The position numbers and the translations under genes are program-made. Shown here piece after piece: positions 39,645 through 54,696 of a stretch of 64,000 nt of DNA (position 1 is its first letter; each line of letters starts with the position of its first letter). The notes beneath the pieces are model-generated. The model was not told where the DNA came from. It did no database searches and was given only the letters and a program-made list of their open reading frames with translations. Origin of the DNA: Octopus sinensis (taxonomy: Eukaryota); contig NC_043002.1 in NCBI RefSeq assembly GCF_006345805.1, forward strand, positions 26,226,001 to 26,290,000. Reading direction: 5' to 3'.

Positions 39645-40027
39645 GTGGAGGTGCAATGGCCCAGTGGTTAGGGCAGCGGACTTGTGATCGTAGGATACGG
39701 TTTCGATTCCCAGACCAGGCGTTGTGAGTGTTTATTGAGTGAAAATACTTAAATCTCAACGAGGATCTCGCAGGGGTGGTGGCGATCCCTGCTGTACTAT
39801 TTCACCACAGCTTTCTCTTACTCTTTCTTCCTGTTTCTTTTGTACCTGTATTTCGAAGGGACAGCCTTGTCACACTCTGTGTCACGCTGAATCTCGCCGA
39901 GAACTACGTTAATGCAACACGGGTCTCTCGAGTGCTCACCCACTTGCACGTTAATTTCACGAGCAGGCTGTTCCGTTGATCGGATCAACCAGAACACTCG
40001 TCGTCGTAACCCACAGAGTGCCACGAT
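39645..40027 (+). mobile_element. Full-length tRNA-derived SINE with 11 bp target-site duplication
   Basis: A box TGGCCCAGTGG and B box GTTTCGATTCC; ATATACAGGGT is duplicated at 39634-39644 and 40028-40038. Confidence 0.9.
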
Positions 40028-40032
40028 ATATA

Positions 40033-40870
40033 CAGGGTTCAGTGAATAAATTACCGTCTAAATAACGCAAAAATGAAAATAACACTGACGTCTCATTTTA
40101 ACAGATATATTTACCAAAATTACCTAAAAGTATTTTGAAATACTAAAGAATAAATTTATTCAATAAAATCGCCATTGGCTTCATCCACGGCCTCAAGACG
40201 ACTTCAGAATCTCTTGCAATTCTTCTGGACGGCCTCCTTGTTTAAGTTGGTGGATGCTGCCTTAATCACTGCATTTATTTCATCTTTGCTGTTACAAGGA
40301 GTTTTGTTGGTCTCTCGTGCAACTCGTTCCACACGTAATGTTAGGGATGATGTGGTCGTAGAAATTGTCAGACAGCCATGACTGGGTTCTTCTGCTTGTG
40401 TGGTGTGGCGCAGAAACCTGTTGCCACACATCGGGTCTTCCAGCAACCACCCTCCTGACCGAGGGCAGCACTACCTCGTACACGCATTTGATGTATGTAT
40501 CAGCGTTGAGTGTGAGGCCGTGTGAGAAGATGAATGGAGGCATAAAGTCGCTATCACTACTGGTCACTCCAAACACATTGATGTAGACTGGATGGTTGAT
40601 TGTTATCACTCTCAGTACATGCGAACAGGTTGCACTGTCTTATATTGAAACTCAAACACTCTGAAATGTTCGTATTGAAATTTCTGGAGTGAACGCCACG
40701 CAGTACAGCATGTCGTTTCCAAATTTCTAGTAGAGTGAATTGCGTCACGGTGTTGTTTTTCTCACAGACGGTGCCCAACTGACTCTGCTATACTGTGTAG
40801 TCGACAAAATCAAAAACAATGTGCATGTGCGAAATTAACAATATAAAATGGCGACAATTTACCCATTTCA
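40033..40870 (-). mobile_element. Internally deleted Tc1/mariner-superfamily element (maT/DD37D-like)
   Basis: HPVYINVFGVTSSDSDFMPPFIF...WQQVSAPHHTSRRTQSWL and ETNKTPCNSKDE; terminus TACAGGGT; partial inverted match TAAATTACCGTC / GGCGACAATTTA. Confidence 0.8.
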
Positions 40871-41651
40871 ATAAATATTTCATATATGTGGGTGTGTGCT
40901 GAGTGAGAAAGAGAGAAAGAGGGAGGGAGGGGATAGGGAAAGAGAAACCGTATTGGGGCATTGGCTGACCCGAGGCAATTGTAGAAAGCATATTCTCCAG
41001 AGAGCACGCAGTGGGATTGACTGAACCAAAGACTGTGATTGCGAAGCGAATTTCTTAACTAAACATCCATAAATATACATGACGCCTACAGAAAGGAAAA
41101 GCAGTAATTAAGAACTTATTGAAATTGCGACGCATGTGTTGTGAAAGATATTGACAAATTAATCACTTCAAAAAATGATTTATAACCAGCGCAGCTTTTT
41201 TCGTTAGAAGAATATCTTTTTTGCCATCCTATTTTTTTCCACTAATATCTTTTGTCCCTCAAATTCTCATTCGCTCTCATCTCCCATACACGTTTTCTTA
41301 CGGTACACTAACGAGAACACACACATACATACCTACACTCTACATTCCCCCTAATGCCACTAAATTTCCACACTTTCACACGTCTATGCATATACGTACA
41401 CAACAGTGAAATATGCACAGACAACGCCTCCTTTATGCTGGCTTCCTGACACAGATACTCACTTATACTTGCAGCTAAACGTCTGTCCCTTCCTAATTAA
41501 TTCCCTTCTTAATTCCCTTCAAGAACAGAATTTCTCTCTTGGTTTCCGATCATCCTCCCATTCTTTTCTTCTTACTGTGCGTGTGTGTGTGTGGGGGGGG
41601 GGGTAGGTATGTGTGTATATATATATATATGCAGTTACCCATATATATATA

Positions 41652-42752
<1,101 letters not shown>

Positions 42753-42909
42753 CATATATATATATACATACATATATATATACATACAGAAAAGTAAGTA
42801 TAAGTTTTTATCAAAGTTGTTTTATATTCTATAATTTTAACAGACAATAAATACAATATTAATTGTTATTGTTCGAGATTTTGGTGTAATTTGAGACGAT
42901 AATACAAAA

Positions 42910-44212
42910 GTTATAGATGGTTTAGTAATTTACTGCAAAACCCATGGCGGCCAAAATGATCAGAATGGTTGCTTTTACTCCGTGTTTTAGTATATTTAAC
43001 CGACGAACTCTAATGTTTTGAGTTTATTTACGTGACGGTTCGTTTACTAAACATTAGTAAGAATATCTGCAGTGTACTTTGTTAATATAATACCAGTTAC
43101 TCCGTTACCAATTCATCAGCAGATTATTAAGCTTCGAAAGAAGGATAATTTAAGTATTGGGTCTATTGCAAAGATTGTTAACAAGTCAAAAAGTGTTGTT
43201 CACGGTAGTCTTAAGGTCTGCAATAATTGTGGTTCGTGTGAAGCATGAAGGTATACAGGTAGGCCAAGAAAAACGACCAAGAGAGAAGATCGTGCTATGG
43301 TAAAGTTGGTTAAAAAGGACAGATTTAAAACTGCTGCTGCTGTTTCTCGGGAAATGAGCATTGTACTGAAGAAAACGTTATCTCGAAAAACTGTCTCATC
43401 GTTTAGTTGAACATAACCTACAAGCAAGATCACCTACAGTGAAGTCACTGATCAGCTCCAAAAATAAAAAGTGTCGTCTTACCTTTGCAACCGAACATGT
43501 GTTGTGGTCTCAAGAAAAATGGCAAACAGTGCATTTCAGTGATGAATCTAAGTTTATGTTATTTGGCTCAGATGGGAAAAGGTACGTTCGTTGAAAAGTA
43601 GGTGAAAAATTGTCGCCTAAATGTCTTAAAACTAGTGTTAAATTCGGTGGAGGAAGTGTCATTGTTTGGGGGAAGATATCTGGAGATGGTGTGGGGCTCT
43701 TTGGTGCGATTAAATGGAGAGGTAAATGCAGGAGTTTATAAACAACGTGTAAAAGATCATGTCTTGGCTGTGCTGAGAAATTCAACTAAGCGACCACCCA
43801 TATTCATGCAGGGCAATGCCCCATGTCACAAGGCTAAGGTGGTCATGAACTTCCTCAAGGCTGAAAAGGTTATTATTATGGATTGGCCTGCTCAAAGCCC
43901 AGATCTCAATCCTATCGAAAATGTGTGGAATATTCTAGGAGAACGTTCGAAAGCCAGAAATCCTAAAACAACCGAGCAATTATGGAATGCCCTTCAGGAG
44001 AATGGAATAAGATCACCTAGCAAGAAATTGAAAATTTTATTTCCTCATGCAGTCGAAGATGTCAAAGTGTGATTGAAGCTGAAGGGCTTCACACTAAATA
44101 TTAAATAATTCCAGTATTCTCTGTCATGTTTGATTATTTTGTTATTTTTCCAACCGTTCTGATCCTTTTGGCCGCCATGGGTTTTGCAGTAAATCCCTAA
44201 ATCATCCATAAC
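42910..44212 (+). mobile_element. Tc1 (DD34E) transposon with ~62 bp inverted ends
   Basis: 42910-42971 is the inverted match of 44151-44212; transposase has TGRPRKTTKREDR, VHFSDESKF, FMQGNAPCH and WPAQSPDLNPIENVW (34-residue spacing, second D changed to G), with stops and frameshifts. Confidence 0.93.
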
Positions 44213-44213
44213 A

Positions 44214-45248
44214 TCGCTAAACTAGTCCTTCCTGCGAGAGAATTAAAATAAAATTACCTCGCAGAGGGGTAAAAACAAGCAAGAAAAAAATGTAATAGGA
44301 CGTAAAAACGATACAAATAAAACTACAAAATAAAATACAAGATAAAAATACATGTACAAGAAAATACAATACGAGAAATGAAAAGAAAATACAATACGAG
44401 AAATAGAAATAAAAATAAACAAGAAAACAAACGAAAAGGCCTTTTTTCTGGCTGAGACGAAGGAGACTCTAGCAGCGCATGAGAATACAAATGTGTGTCT
44501 TTTTAGTTTGAAAGCCGCGTGTGAAAGGAAGTAGTTTTGGCTAGCAGTGGCAAAGATGAGGAGGAGCGAGAGAGAGAGATAGAGGAAGACAGGCGGCTGA
44601 GAGAGAGAGAGAGAGAGATGAGGAAGAGTGAGAGAGAGAGAGAGAGAGAGGAAGATAAAGCAAAGAGAGAAAGAATTTCGCGTCATAATTATATATAAAA
44701 CAGTACTAGGAGAATAAGAAACGGAACGAATCGAATCGAACCCGACGCGAAGGTGCTGTCAAACAATAGTGTAATAAATAAAATATATGCATACATACAA
44801 ACATATATGTGCGTACCTACATCTACATGTAGATATACATGCGTATATAAATATATATACACGTGAGTACAGGACACCACAACTAGACGTAGAACTCAAC
44901 GAGAAACGAAAAACGAAAACGGAAAAACCATTTTTTTACAACAGGAAAACAGAGACATGGAACTCAACGAGAAACGAAAACGGAAAAACCATTTTTTTAC
45001 AACAGAAAAAACAAGTACAGGGCATACTACACAAGGAAAAATCCCCTATCATCAGCTGTTACTAGTTCGGCTCCAGCGTGTTTCGAAGGCAAGACAGGAC
45101 ACGACTCGCTAAACTAGTCCTTCCTGCGAGAGAATTAAAGTAAAATTGCCTCGCAAGGGGTAAAAACAAGCAAGAAAAAAATGTATCACAAACAGGACGT
45201 AAAAACGATACAAATAAAACTACAAAATAAAATACAAGATAAAAATAC
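44214..45248 (-). mobile_element. Non-coding element with ~140 bp terminal direct repeats (period 892)
   Basis: TCGCTAAACTAGTCCTTCCTGCGAGAG...GATAAAAATAC at 44214-44351 and 45106-45248; minus strand carries GAAA...CAG-CTGATGA-TAGGGG at ~45042-45090, similar to 59074-59148. Confidence 0.7.
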
Positions 45249-45486
45249 TTGTAATCTGTTTTTAACATTTTCTTATTATTATCAAAGAATGTAATTCTGT
45301 TTCTTAATACTCTTGTGATAACCAGAACTTAACACAACAAAGCTTATACAAAACTTTACATTTTACCTTTGGCAATCTTTTTCTAAAAAAGTGAAACCGG
45401 TCAAGTGAATAAACATCTTTAAAATTGCATTTTCAAACCTTCTTTCATATATATTTCCACTCGTGCGGTACCTTACAACTTTACTT

Positions 45487-45527
<41 letters not shown>

Positions 45528-46099
45528 TAGATATATACACATATGTATATGAGCTAGAGAGGTAGATAAACAAAAGTTCGATATATTTACGAATAACAAA
45601 ATAAAGATAGAAGTAAGCAAATGAGAACAAAAGAAATAAGACTTTACATAATTCTTCTGTTCTACTTGTGTTGTTTTTTCGTTTTCTTTCACCCCGGACT
45701 TTGTACTCCATGTAAATATACGTTGTAAACACCTAATGATTTATAAACATCTATTCTATTAAAGTGGAAAAATTGCCAGAAAAGCCATTCGTATCCAGTT
45801 TTATTAGATACATGCATACATACATACATAAATAATACATACATAAATACATATGTACATAAATAAATGCATACATACATAAATACATACATGCACACAC
45901 AGATTTATATATACATTTATATGTGTCTATATATATACTAAAAGCATATATATATATATATATGTTTGTGTATGTATGAATGTATATAATGTATCTCTCA
46001 CTGTATGCGTGTGTATGTGCGTGTATGTGTGTGTATGCGCGTGTGTGCTCACTCACTAATACTAAACACCCCTCAACAGAAACGTAGTCACGTGCTGGT

Positions 46100-47310
46100 G
46101 CAGTTGAACACTTGCTATAAACTGTTAAATAGTTTTCATCTGAAGCTGTTCTTTTAATTGCCTTGTGGGTGATTAATGAGGGATAATATAGAAGAAATGT
46201 TGCAAAATAAAGCCGGATTTTCATTGAGTGGAGGAAATAACACCAAGAAAATATAGAAAAGAAATGTATAATAAATATGTCTGAAAAGGAAGACAGTAGA
46301 CTGCTAATGATAAATAAATGGAACCAGTATTACATAGAATAAACAGATTCACTGGAGGAATAGATATTAAATTGAGTTTAGAAGAAAACAAACAAAAGGA
46401 GAAACGCGAGGTTATATGAAAGAGGAAGACTAATCAACATTAGTAATATCATATTAGATTCACACACAGAAGCAAAAGTACAGCAAAAACAATTGTACAA
46501 ATATTTAGAAATTAATGAACTAGACGCAGCGCAACATAGACTAAAGAAACGAAAAGGATAAAAAGAAATATTACAGAGGAATTAGATTAATGCTTAAAAG
46601 AGAGTTAGATACAAGCATAAGGTAATGGACACCCCCGATAGTCTTGATTCTCCAGTAGTAAATTATATTTTCCCACTGGGTGCTAAGTGAATCAGGAAGA
46701 CTAGACAGAAAAACAAGAAAATAACTGTTTTTAGAATAAACCTGATAAGAAACATTGTACTTACTACGAACATAGGGGAACGTTTTGTAACTAGAAATTT
46801 AATGATATCTGCCGTGGAAACACATAATTATCTAGTGAAGATTAAATGGAAACTAATACAAATAGCTACAAAACACGTATAAATCAAACAAAGAAAATTT
46901 GGAGTTCTTCAACAAATGTAAAGCAGTACTTGAGATAACAAACAGTTAGATTTAGAAGGGAAAAATAATGAAACTGCAAAAACGAAAATGAAAATAAAAG
47001 AACCTTCTACAAACTAAACTGAAAACATGTTAACTATAGGATAACATGCTAAGGAGATGACTACAAAAATAATTAAAAGACCAGAAATAGACTCTTCAAA
47101 ATATAAGAAAGCTGGGTAAAGTGTTTTGGGTTTAAGACACAGCACTCGAGTTTCACATAGACAGATATTTTTATTAGGGCATGATATTAACATAAAGCCC
47201 TCTGACTGGAAGCTACCAAACTCATATAAATATGCGGATTATGAAAAAAAATTCTGGAATATATGACTAAGAAAATATATTAATTACATTATTTATAGTT
47301 CCCAAGTCTT
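46100..47310 (+). mobile_element. Very old Dong/R4-like remnant
   Basis: Scattered RT-thumb and C-terminal remnants (RLDRKTRK-like) in A-rich sequence; no intact frame. Confidence 0.45.
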
Positions 47311-47379
47311 CAGCAATACATGCTCGTACTTACACAGAAGCATACCCACGAGCGTGTACACATAAAATTGTATGTATAT

Positions 47380-48600
47380 CCGGGTAACGTACCGAAAGTA
47401 TTACAAAAGAGTAATTTTTAACTGAAGTAAGATGTTAGAACTTCACATGGTAGAATAGCTCTTCTTCTACAGTAAATGCCCTTCCTATTCTTTTTGGGAG
47501 GTAAAGAATGAATTCCAAGCAAAAGCAACATACATCTTTGTCTTGATGAAGAAACATCTGTAGAAGGCTGCAAGCTGTTTACGGAAATGAAACCATTGAT
47601 AAGAGAAATGTTTACAAATGAAGGAAGAAGTCTGAAGAACGGAAAAGTAGCATTGAAAAATTCGCACAGTGTGGGATACCGTTATGTGCGACAATTTTAC
47701 AAATCACCAGAGAATGCAAGAAATGATTCATGTGAACAGGTGAAACCCAATACTTGAGTTGACTGTACAAGTGCACTGTGGTGACAATGCATTAATGAAG
47801 ACGATGCATAACTTCGAGTATCGGAATGGTTGTCCTAGTGGGTAACACCCAATTTGGAGGCTAACACATCCCACTTGTCCCAACAGCTAACTCCAAATTT
47901 GGATGAGAGAAGTGGGAAGTATACTCTAATATCGGGAAGCGTTTGAAGCCAGATTCGGTGACACGGAATGAAACATGGTCGTATCTTTATGACTCGAAAC
48001 TTAAAGCTCAGTCCGCTGGTTTTTTTTACTCTTCTTCTTCAAGGTTCAAGAAGTTCAACAGACAGCGACGACAGCTGGCCCTTTTATGCGATTACAAGGT
48101 GATCTCTATGGGTTAATGGTACGTGGCAGTTCTGCGCAGAGTGAATGATCTATTGGAACTCTTAATAGCTTTGAGAAACCGTTACAAGGAAGAGACCAAG
48201 AGTTGGAAAACGATTTACAGGCAATGTGATAATGCAGGACCACACACATCAGGTAATCGGCAAATTGGTTTGACCAGTGGTCACCCACCTTCCACAGAAC
48301 CTAGGTTTTGTCGCCCTCTGACATCAACCTGTTCGGTTCAGTGAAGTAAAGTCTTCAGGATCTAAGATTTGAGGTCACAAATGAGTTATCTCCAAACTAG
48401 ATGGTTACAGCAGTGCACACACGAATTACTCAAAGGAGAATCGAGAATCGGCTTGAACATGATGGTAAACTCCTTGCATATGATGGGGGTCTATGTTAAC
48501 AAGTATCTATGTATAAAGGAATAATTAGTCTACAAGATGACATTTCATAAATTAAGCTATACTGTTTTCGCTCACTTTTACATAACTTTAGGTTCAACTA
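47380..48600 (+). mobile_element. Decayed mariner element
   Basis: Fragments VTRNETWSYLYDSKLKAQS, DNAGPHTS, HPPST and DINLFGSVK; ends only weakly inverted. Confidence 0.65.
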
Positions 48601-48618
48601 TCATATATATATCTTTAA

Positions 48619-48690
<72 letters not shown>

Positions 48691-49199
48691 ATATATATCT
48701 ATACGTATATTACATAAACATATACATATGTTCATGTGTTTTTGCATGTGTACCGGAGCTTCTGTTAGCGTAAAATTGTTTTACAATCGTGTTCATGTGG
48801 TCTTAATTCCAGTATAGAAGAAATTATGCGTAAATGTTTATGTTAATATGCTTGGCAATACAATACAATAGTATATCCACAATCGTCGGAATATTATGCT
48901 TACACTAATGACTCAACTTTCCAATGGAAATCACGTGGTTAAGTAAATATATATTTACCTCTCATATCTCCCGATTTTTTGATTTTGTGTAGTCCTCACG
49001 AAGTACCTTCATTTTTCGGATCTTCTAAATCATTAGCATGGACTATCTACATTACACGTCTTCGTAGTTGATCACTGTGTGAACTGTTAACCGAGGCCGC
49101 AAGATGAGATTTCTGCGACAGCTGCACGATCCTCTGAATCCACATCTTCTCCTGCTTATTTATAATGATATATATATATATATATTCATATATGAAAAG

Positions 49200-49590
49200 T
49201 TGTCGAAGAACTTAATAATGATTATGTTATGGGATATTTGTATCCACATAAACAAAATGATTAAGGTAGAACGGCCGGATATTAATGTCAAAGACCATCA
49301 GGAAATGAAGTGTCTCCTGATCCCTCGACAGACCTTAACGTATTACAATGAAATCTACAAAGATAATCTAAATAAATATAAACATATAATAAAACGGTGG
49401 TGACCAAATTGTGGCGGTTCAAAACAGAAACATTAATATAATATGAGATTGATTTGAAATGATTAAAAAACAAGCAGAGAAACTTATAACACAATACCCA
49501 GGCCTTGCATGCATAGCATTCACATACCTTTAAGTATTGAAAAACATATCGTAATTGCTTGATCAAATACAGGAAAAACAAAACAAAATA
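49200..49590 (+). mobile_element. Dong/R4 endonuclease fragment
   Basis: MLWDICIHINKMIKVERPDINVKDHQEMKCLLI aligns to LWDFPVHTARTIKANKPDIVVKDQNNKVCLLI of the large element. Confidence 0.8.
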
Positions 49591-50179
49591 CACGAAAGCG
49601 TACATCCTTACACTTAATACATTCTGGCAGACTTGGACTTGAAAATACTAATTGTTGTTGTGTTCTGGTTTCAGAGAACAGTTCATCTCTTTGATGAGTA
49701 TTCACCATATACTAAGCTCATTGAAGTATGGTGTCTTTATTACTCCTGTGTGTCGACTAACGTTGTGTTGTGTTTCTTTAGTCAAAGCTAACATTAGATT
49801 AATGAAACTAAGCAAGACTGGTAATTCTTGTTTATAGAATTCAGCCAATGAAATATTTGCTAATGGGTCCTGATTGCTTCCAGCTCGATAGTGACGTGTT
49901 GTTTCCACGGAGAACAGCGTGAACCAAAACAACGACGTACATATATATTCATTCTTAAAATATTCGGGCAGATTTGATCGTGAATATGCTGATCGCTAAT
50001 GCATTTCATCTTTGGATATCACTTTCGTCTTTCAGATGATGCGTTTATACAATATTGGATTCATCGGAAAACTTGGCTCAGCGGGATTTGAATTCACAAT
50101 GTAAAGTGTCAGAACAAAAAATAATCGAAAAGTTCTTTGATTCTTTAGCGATTCAAATAGCTATGCGTCTTAGGCGCCT

Positions 50180-50196
50180 GTATAATAATAATATTG

Positions 50197-50266
<70 letters not shown>

Positions 50267-50330
50267 CGATGATGATGATGATGATAATAATAGTAATAAT
50301 AATAATGATGATAATAATAATAATAATAAC

Positions 50331-50371
<41 letters not shown>

Positions 50372-50435
50372 CGATGATGATGATGATGATAATAATAGTA
50401 ATAATAATAATGATGATAATAATAATAATAATAAC

Positions 50436-50504
<69 letters not shown>

Positions 50505-50677
50505 TTTTTTTATGTATTAGACATTCACTAGTACAACACCAAAAGAAAAGAAGAAAAAAAAACCCCAAATATATGGCACAGAACTTCCAGCCTGTTGTCT
50601 CTTGAGGTCTCTGGGTGAGACTTGGAGCCAACTTGTACAGACATAAAGCAAAAGTCAAACATAGAATAATAATAATA

Positions 50678-50719
<42 letters not shown>

Positions 50720-50742
50720 TATTATTATTATTATTATTATTA
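50180..50742 (+). repeat. Compound (AAT)n/(GAT)n tract with a 105 bp higher-order duplication and an embedded Dong family-2 3' UTR (50503-50662)
   Basis: Block starting GACGATGATG repeats at 50265 and 50370; 50590-50662 matches 35142-35220. Confidence 0.9.
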
Positions 50743-51232
50743 TAAGATGCAGTTGTTAGAAAGATACAATGAAAAAAGTAATTATTTGTTACAATCGATC
50801 CCAGTAAATGACTGGTATTTTATTTCATCGACCTCGAAGAAATGATCGACAAAGTTGATATCGCCCAGATAAAAAGCCACAATGTAAATGCGGAATCAAT
50901 CTTGTAAAGAAGTAATGATTCTGTAAATCAGTCACCCTCAAATATTTGGAAGAATTTTATGAGTGATACTTAATTTTATCAATTCTGCAGGAATGGAAGG
51001 CGAAAGTGGCGTCGGTAAAATTTGATCTAAGAAATGTAGTTAATCGGAAGACATACAGTAAAAATTTTCTTCGACGATCTATCGATTTTGCAAATTTTAC
51101 TACGCTGAGAATAATATTAATAATAATAATAATGATAATGGTTTAAAATAACAAGATGAACAAGAATAAGAACAAAATCAACAACAACGATAATAATAAC
51201 AACAGCAATAATAACAACAAAATCAACCACAA

Positions 51233-51925
51233 CAACAAGAATATTCAGAGAGCGCAGATCTCTTCCAAGGCAACACCAACGTCCTCTTAACGATATTAGC
51301 CGGAGATGATTTTAAAATGAGAATATCTGAAATAAACTCGACTGCTCTCACAAACGAGAATACTAAAAATGAACGCGACCGCTCTCAGAAATTAAGTAAA
51401 AAAAACGGAAAAATAACCCAAAAATCCTTGTCCGGTACCTGATCGATCCCAATGATAGTCATAGAATGCTAAGGTCGGTGTGCGGGCCATGTTTGTAATG
51501 GTGTGTGTGTGTGTGTGTGTTGTTTGCAGTGGGAACAGGAGCAGTTTTCTCTATGAAGGCCTATTTTAGTCAGACACGAGTAAAATTAATAACAGAGAAA
51601 CGAAAATAAAACTTTGGAAACAGCAACGCAATCATAACTTACGCTGAAACTATGAGCGTGCTTTCAAGGGATATGATCAGAGAAAGACTTGAAAGTCAAT
51701 GTAAGATTGTAATACTTCATGTAAACTAAAGTAAATGTAACAAATAATCCAGAATCCTTGTCCAGTACCGGATCGATGCCAAAATTTAATCAGTTCGTGC
51801 CAGTTACGAGACCAAATATTCTTGAAACTTTCATCAAAATCTATCGGGCGGTTCTTGAGATATCTTCTCCACTGGCAAACAAAGAAACACGACTGAAAAC
51901 AATACTTCCGCCTTCGCTAAGGTAA
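51233..51925 (+). mobile_element. Helentron/DINE-like non-autonomous element
   Basis: Starts AACAAGA...CTCTTCCAAGGC; internal repeat AATCCTTGTCC.GTACC.GATCGAT (51423, 51753); TTTCATCAAAATC motif; ends AAAACAATACTTCCGCCTTCGCTAAGGTAAT, a degenerate 3' stem-loop. Confidence 0.6.
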
Positions 51926-51947
51926 TAATGATAATAAAGTAATAATG

Positions 51948-52019
<72 letters not shown>

Positions 52020-52295
52020 GGAAGAATAGGAAGAATTTGGTGCATGCGAACAGTAAAGTTCGTGTCTATAATAACTGGTGCGTTGAGGACAGAAAGCCAA
52101 GACATAGAGAAATGGCTGAATGATACTGAAATAGAATGCCCGGTAGAGCTCCTACAGAAAATGTGTCACTTAAGCAAAAATTATCAGGAGAGTTCTAAGC
52201 ACTTAAAAGACTGCTAAAATCTTGTTGATACCTTAGGTTACAGGTAGTACCTGCTTACCAGGAATAAAACCGAACCTGAGCCAAACGAAAATGAT
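52020..52295 (+). mobile_element. Short Dong 3' end after (AAT)n
   Basis: RIWCMRTVKFVSIITGALRT...IECPVELLQK, related to 37322-37578. Confidence 0.75.
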
Positions 52296-52519
52296 AAAAC
52301 TTTTTCCAAATGATACATGGCTGGAAATCATGAAGGCGAATGCTAGTTGATTTCAATGATCAAAGTGCACAACTCGTACTTATTTTTTATTGTCACCAAT
52401 GCCAACCTTGGCGGAATTTCAATTTCTAACAAAATGTACAAGAAATGCCAACGATAATTTAGAAAATCGATACTATCCAAGGCCGCCAATGTGCAGATTT
52501 GTTATTACATACTTACAAC

Positions 52520-53240
52520 TGAGAAAGCTGATGTGTTCTAGTATCCGCCCGCATCACAGGACTTTGTGTTTTTCAAGAACTTACTGGGCCATCATTTGCT
52601 GCGACGATCAGAACCCGAAAGATTCTCAGGTTTTACACCAGAGAATCTTCTCTGGGACAGATCTAACAAGAACTTGGGATTCATCATTCCTGTGCGGTAT
52701 TGGGGCACGCTTGTTCATCATGACAGATATTTCTTCCTTACTAACTAACTCTACGTTGAATGAGTCCTTAACAGGAATTGAAATTTGTCCTGCTAGGTTT
52801 CTAGTAACCATTTCCACCAGGCTAACCTTGTGGGGCAGCAAGTTTAGACAGCAACGAACTCACTATGTAGCAAATTATGTTGGACTCTATTTTGCCAGAT
52901 GCATTCGTGAGCGTTGCTGGTAACTTGCTGGAGACTGCCATTGGTGTACTTAGTTTATTTCAGTTCCATGTTTTGCTCTCCGCCCTTGGTTTCGGAGTTG
53001 TTCAGCGATCGTTATTTGCATTATATTGGTTCATCTGCTATCTCAGATAAAAATTTATCTACCTTCCTTTTGAATAATCCTCATCTACGTTTCGCAGAGT
53101 TGTGAGGTTCTTTTTCATTTTAAAACTATGGAGAAGTTGTGGGCCCTTGATCACTAAGCTTTTACAGTGTTGGAGTCAGCCTAGATGGAGAGGATGGGAT
53201 GTTTGGTACAATACAGTAGAGTTCATTTCAAGTGTTGTTC
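52520..53240 (-). mobile_element. Possible R2/NeSL-type non-LTR RT fragment
   Basis: VSKEEISVMMNKRAPIPH (compare EV...K.APGPDG) followed by HKVL..RI; weak motif recall. Confidence 0.35.
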
Positions 53241-54612
53241 CATCCTTCAATCCTCGGTTTAGGCACTAAATCCTGTATGTTTCCATATACTTACTTATCA
53301 CAGCACATCTTTCGCGTCTTTTTTCTCGCTCATCTTTGCACGAAAGTAATCTTGGTGTAACAACATTAGATTACTTCAAGAACTGCTGTCAGATTGGGCG
53401 CTATATGGTAACCATAACTGGAAGTACTAATTTAGAGGAATGACAGAAGACTTTTCCTCAGGAGATATATACATTACCTAATATCTCGTACTTTACGATA
53501 ATACGTTAAATTTTGATGATGATTTGACTGTTATTCTTAATGGGTCTAATTTTAATAACACAGTATCGTGCGAGATTTGTGCATTTATATAAATAATGTG
53601 TGACTTGCTGTATGATGTTCTGAGTTCTATTCACGTTCTTTTTCTTCATATCCTCTTTTATGGTAAACTCAGAGAAGCAAGAGAACGTAACCCACGGCAA
53701 TTTTCTGGGCCTTCCAGACCAAATAAAAGTTATATTGAAAGTGGTATCGAAACCCTAATGCTTTGAATGCAGTGGAACTCGCGAAATGCTTTCAATGATT
53801 ATTTTAAACCCGATGCTGGATCTGTTAAGAAACGGAGCAGTTTCTCGGCATTGTTAACTCAATCACAATCACAATCACAAGTAATTGATTTTCCTGAAGT
53901 TAGAATTGCACAAGTTGCCACGTAGTGGATTTGAGAGTTAGATTATCATATTCGAATTTAATTGTTGTTACAGATTGCTGCTGTGGTTGAGTATCCATGA
54001 CTTAGAGAAAAAATACATATGTAGGTCACACCAGAGCTTTCAAAATGTCTGATCATAATAAGTTACATTTTCTTTCATTTAGCAGTGCTAAAGTTTCAAC
54101 ACTATCCATATCAAATAAACACTATTTTCTAGATGCTCTCATCTACCGTATAAAAATATTGCGATATATACCTGCTCCCAATAAAGACGTAGATAATTTG
54201 ATCATCTAATGCAATCAGCGTGAAGCCCCGTAATGCATCCAATACGTTTTGATCATCCCAAAAATAACAAATAAACACTAGCAAATTGGGTCACAATAAT
54301 TCATACATCTTAGTTGGAGTTTTATGCATCTCGTTTCTGAGCACTGATTACAACGAATGTGGCATAAATAAAGAACGTCCAAGAGATGGTCAATTATACA
54401 GTAAAACAGCTTTCATGGTTCCATCTACAGAATCGATAAGTAATCATCTGTTTTGTATGGAATTCCAATTTTCTTAATTAAGCCCTCAATATCTTAGACG
54501 AAAAGAAATTCTATTTCGGCTAAATCTTGCTTAGATGGTTTTTATATACCTGCACCGTTTTTCTATAATCGCAATCCAAATCATATATGTGGTACAATTA
54601 TGAAATGAAAAC

Positions 54613-54696
<84 letters not shown>

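Noticed and set aside
45310-45408. CTT-GTGATAA...GAAACCGGTC-AAG hammerhead-like halves
   Set aside because: Positions 3 and 8 (G, A) are not complementary and no stem II was found; may be a decayed copy but is unsupported alone.
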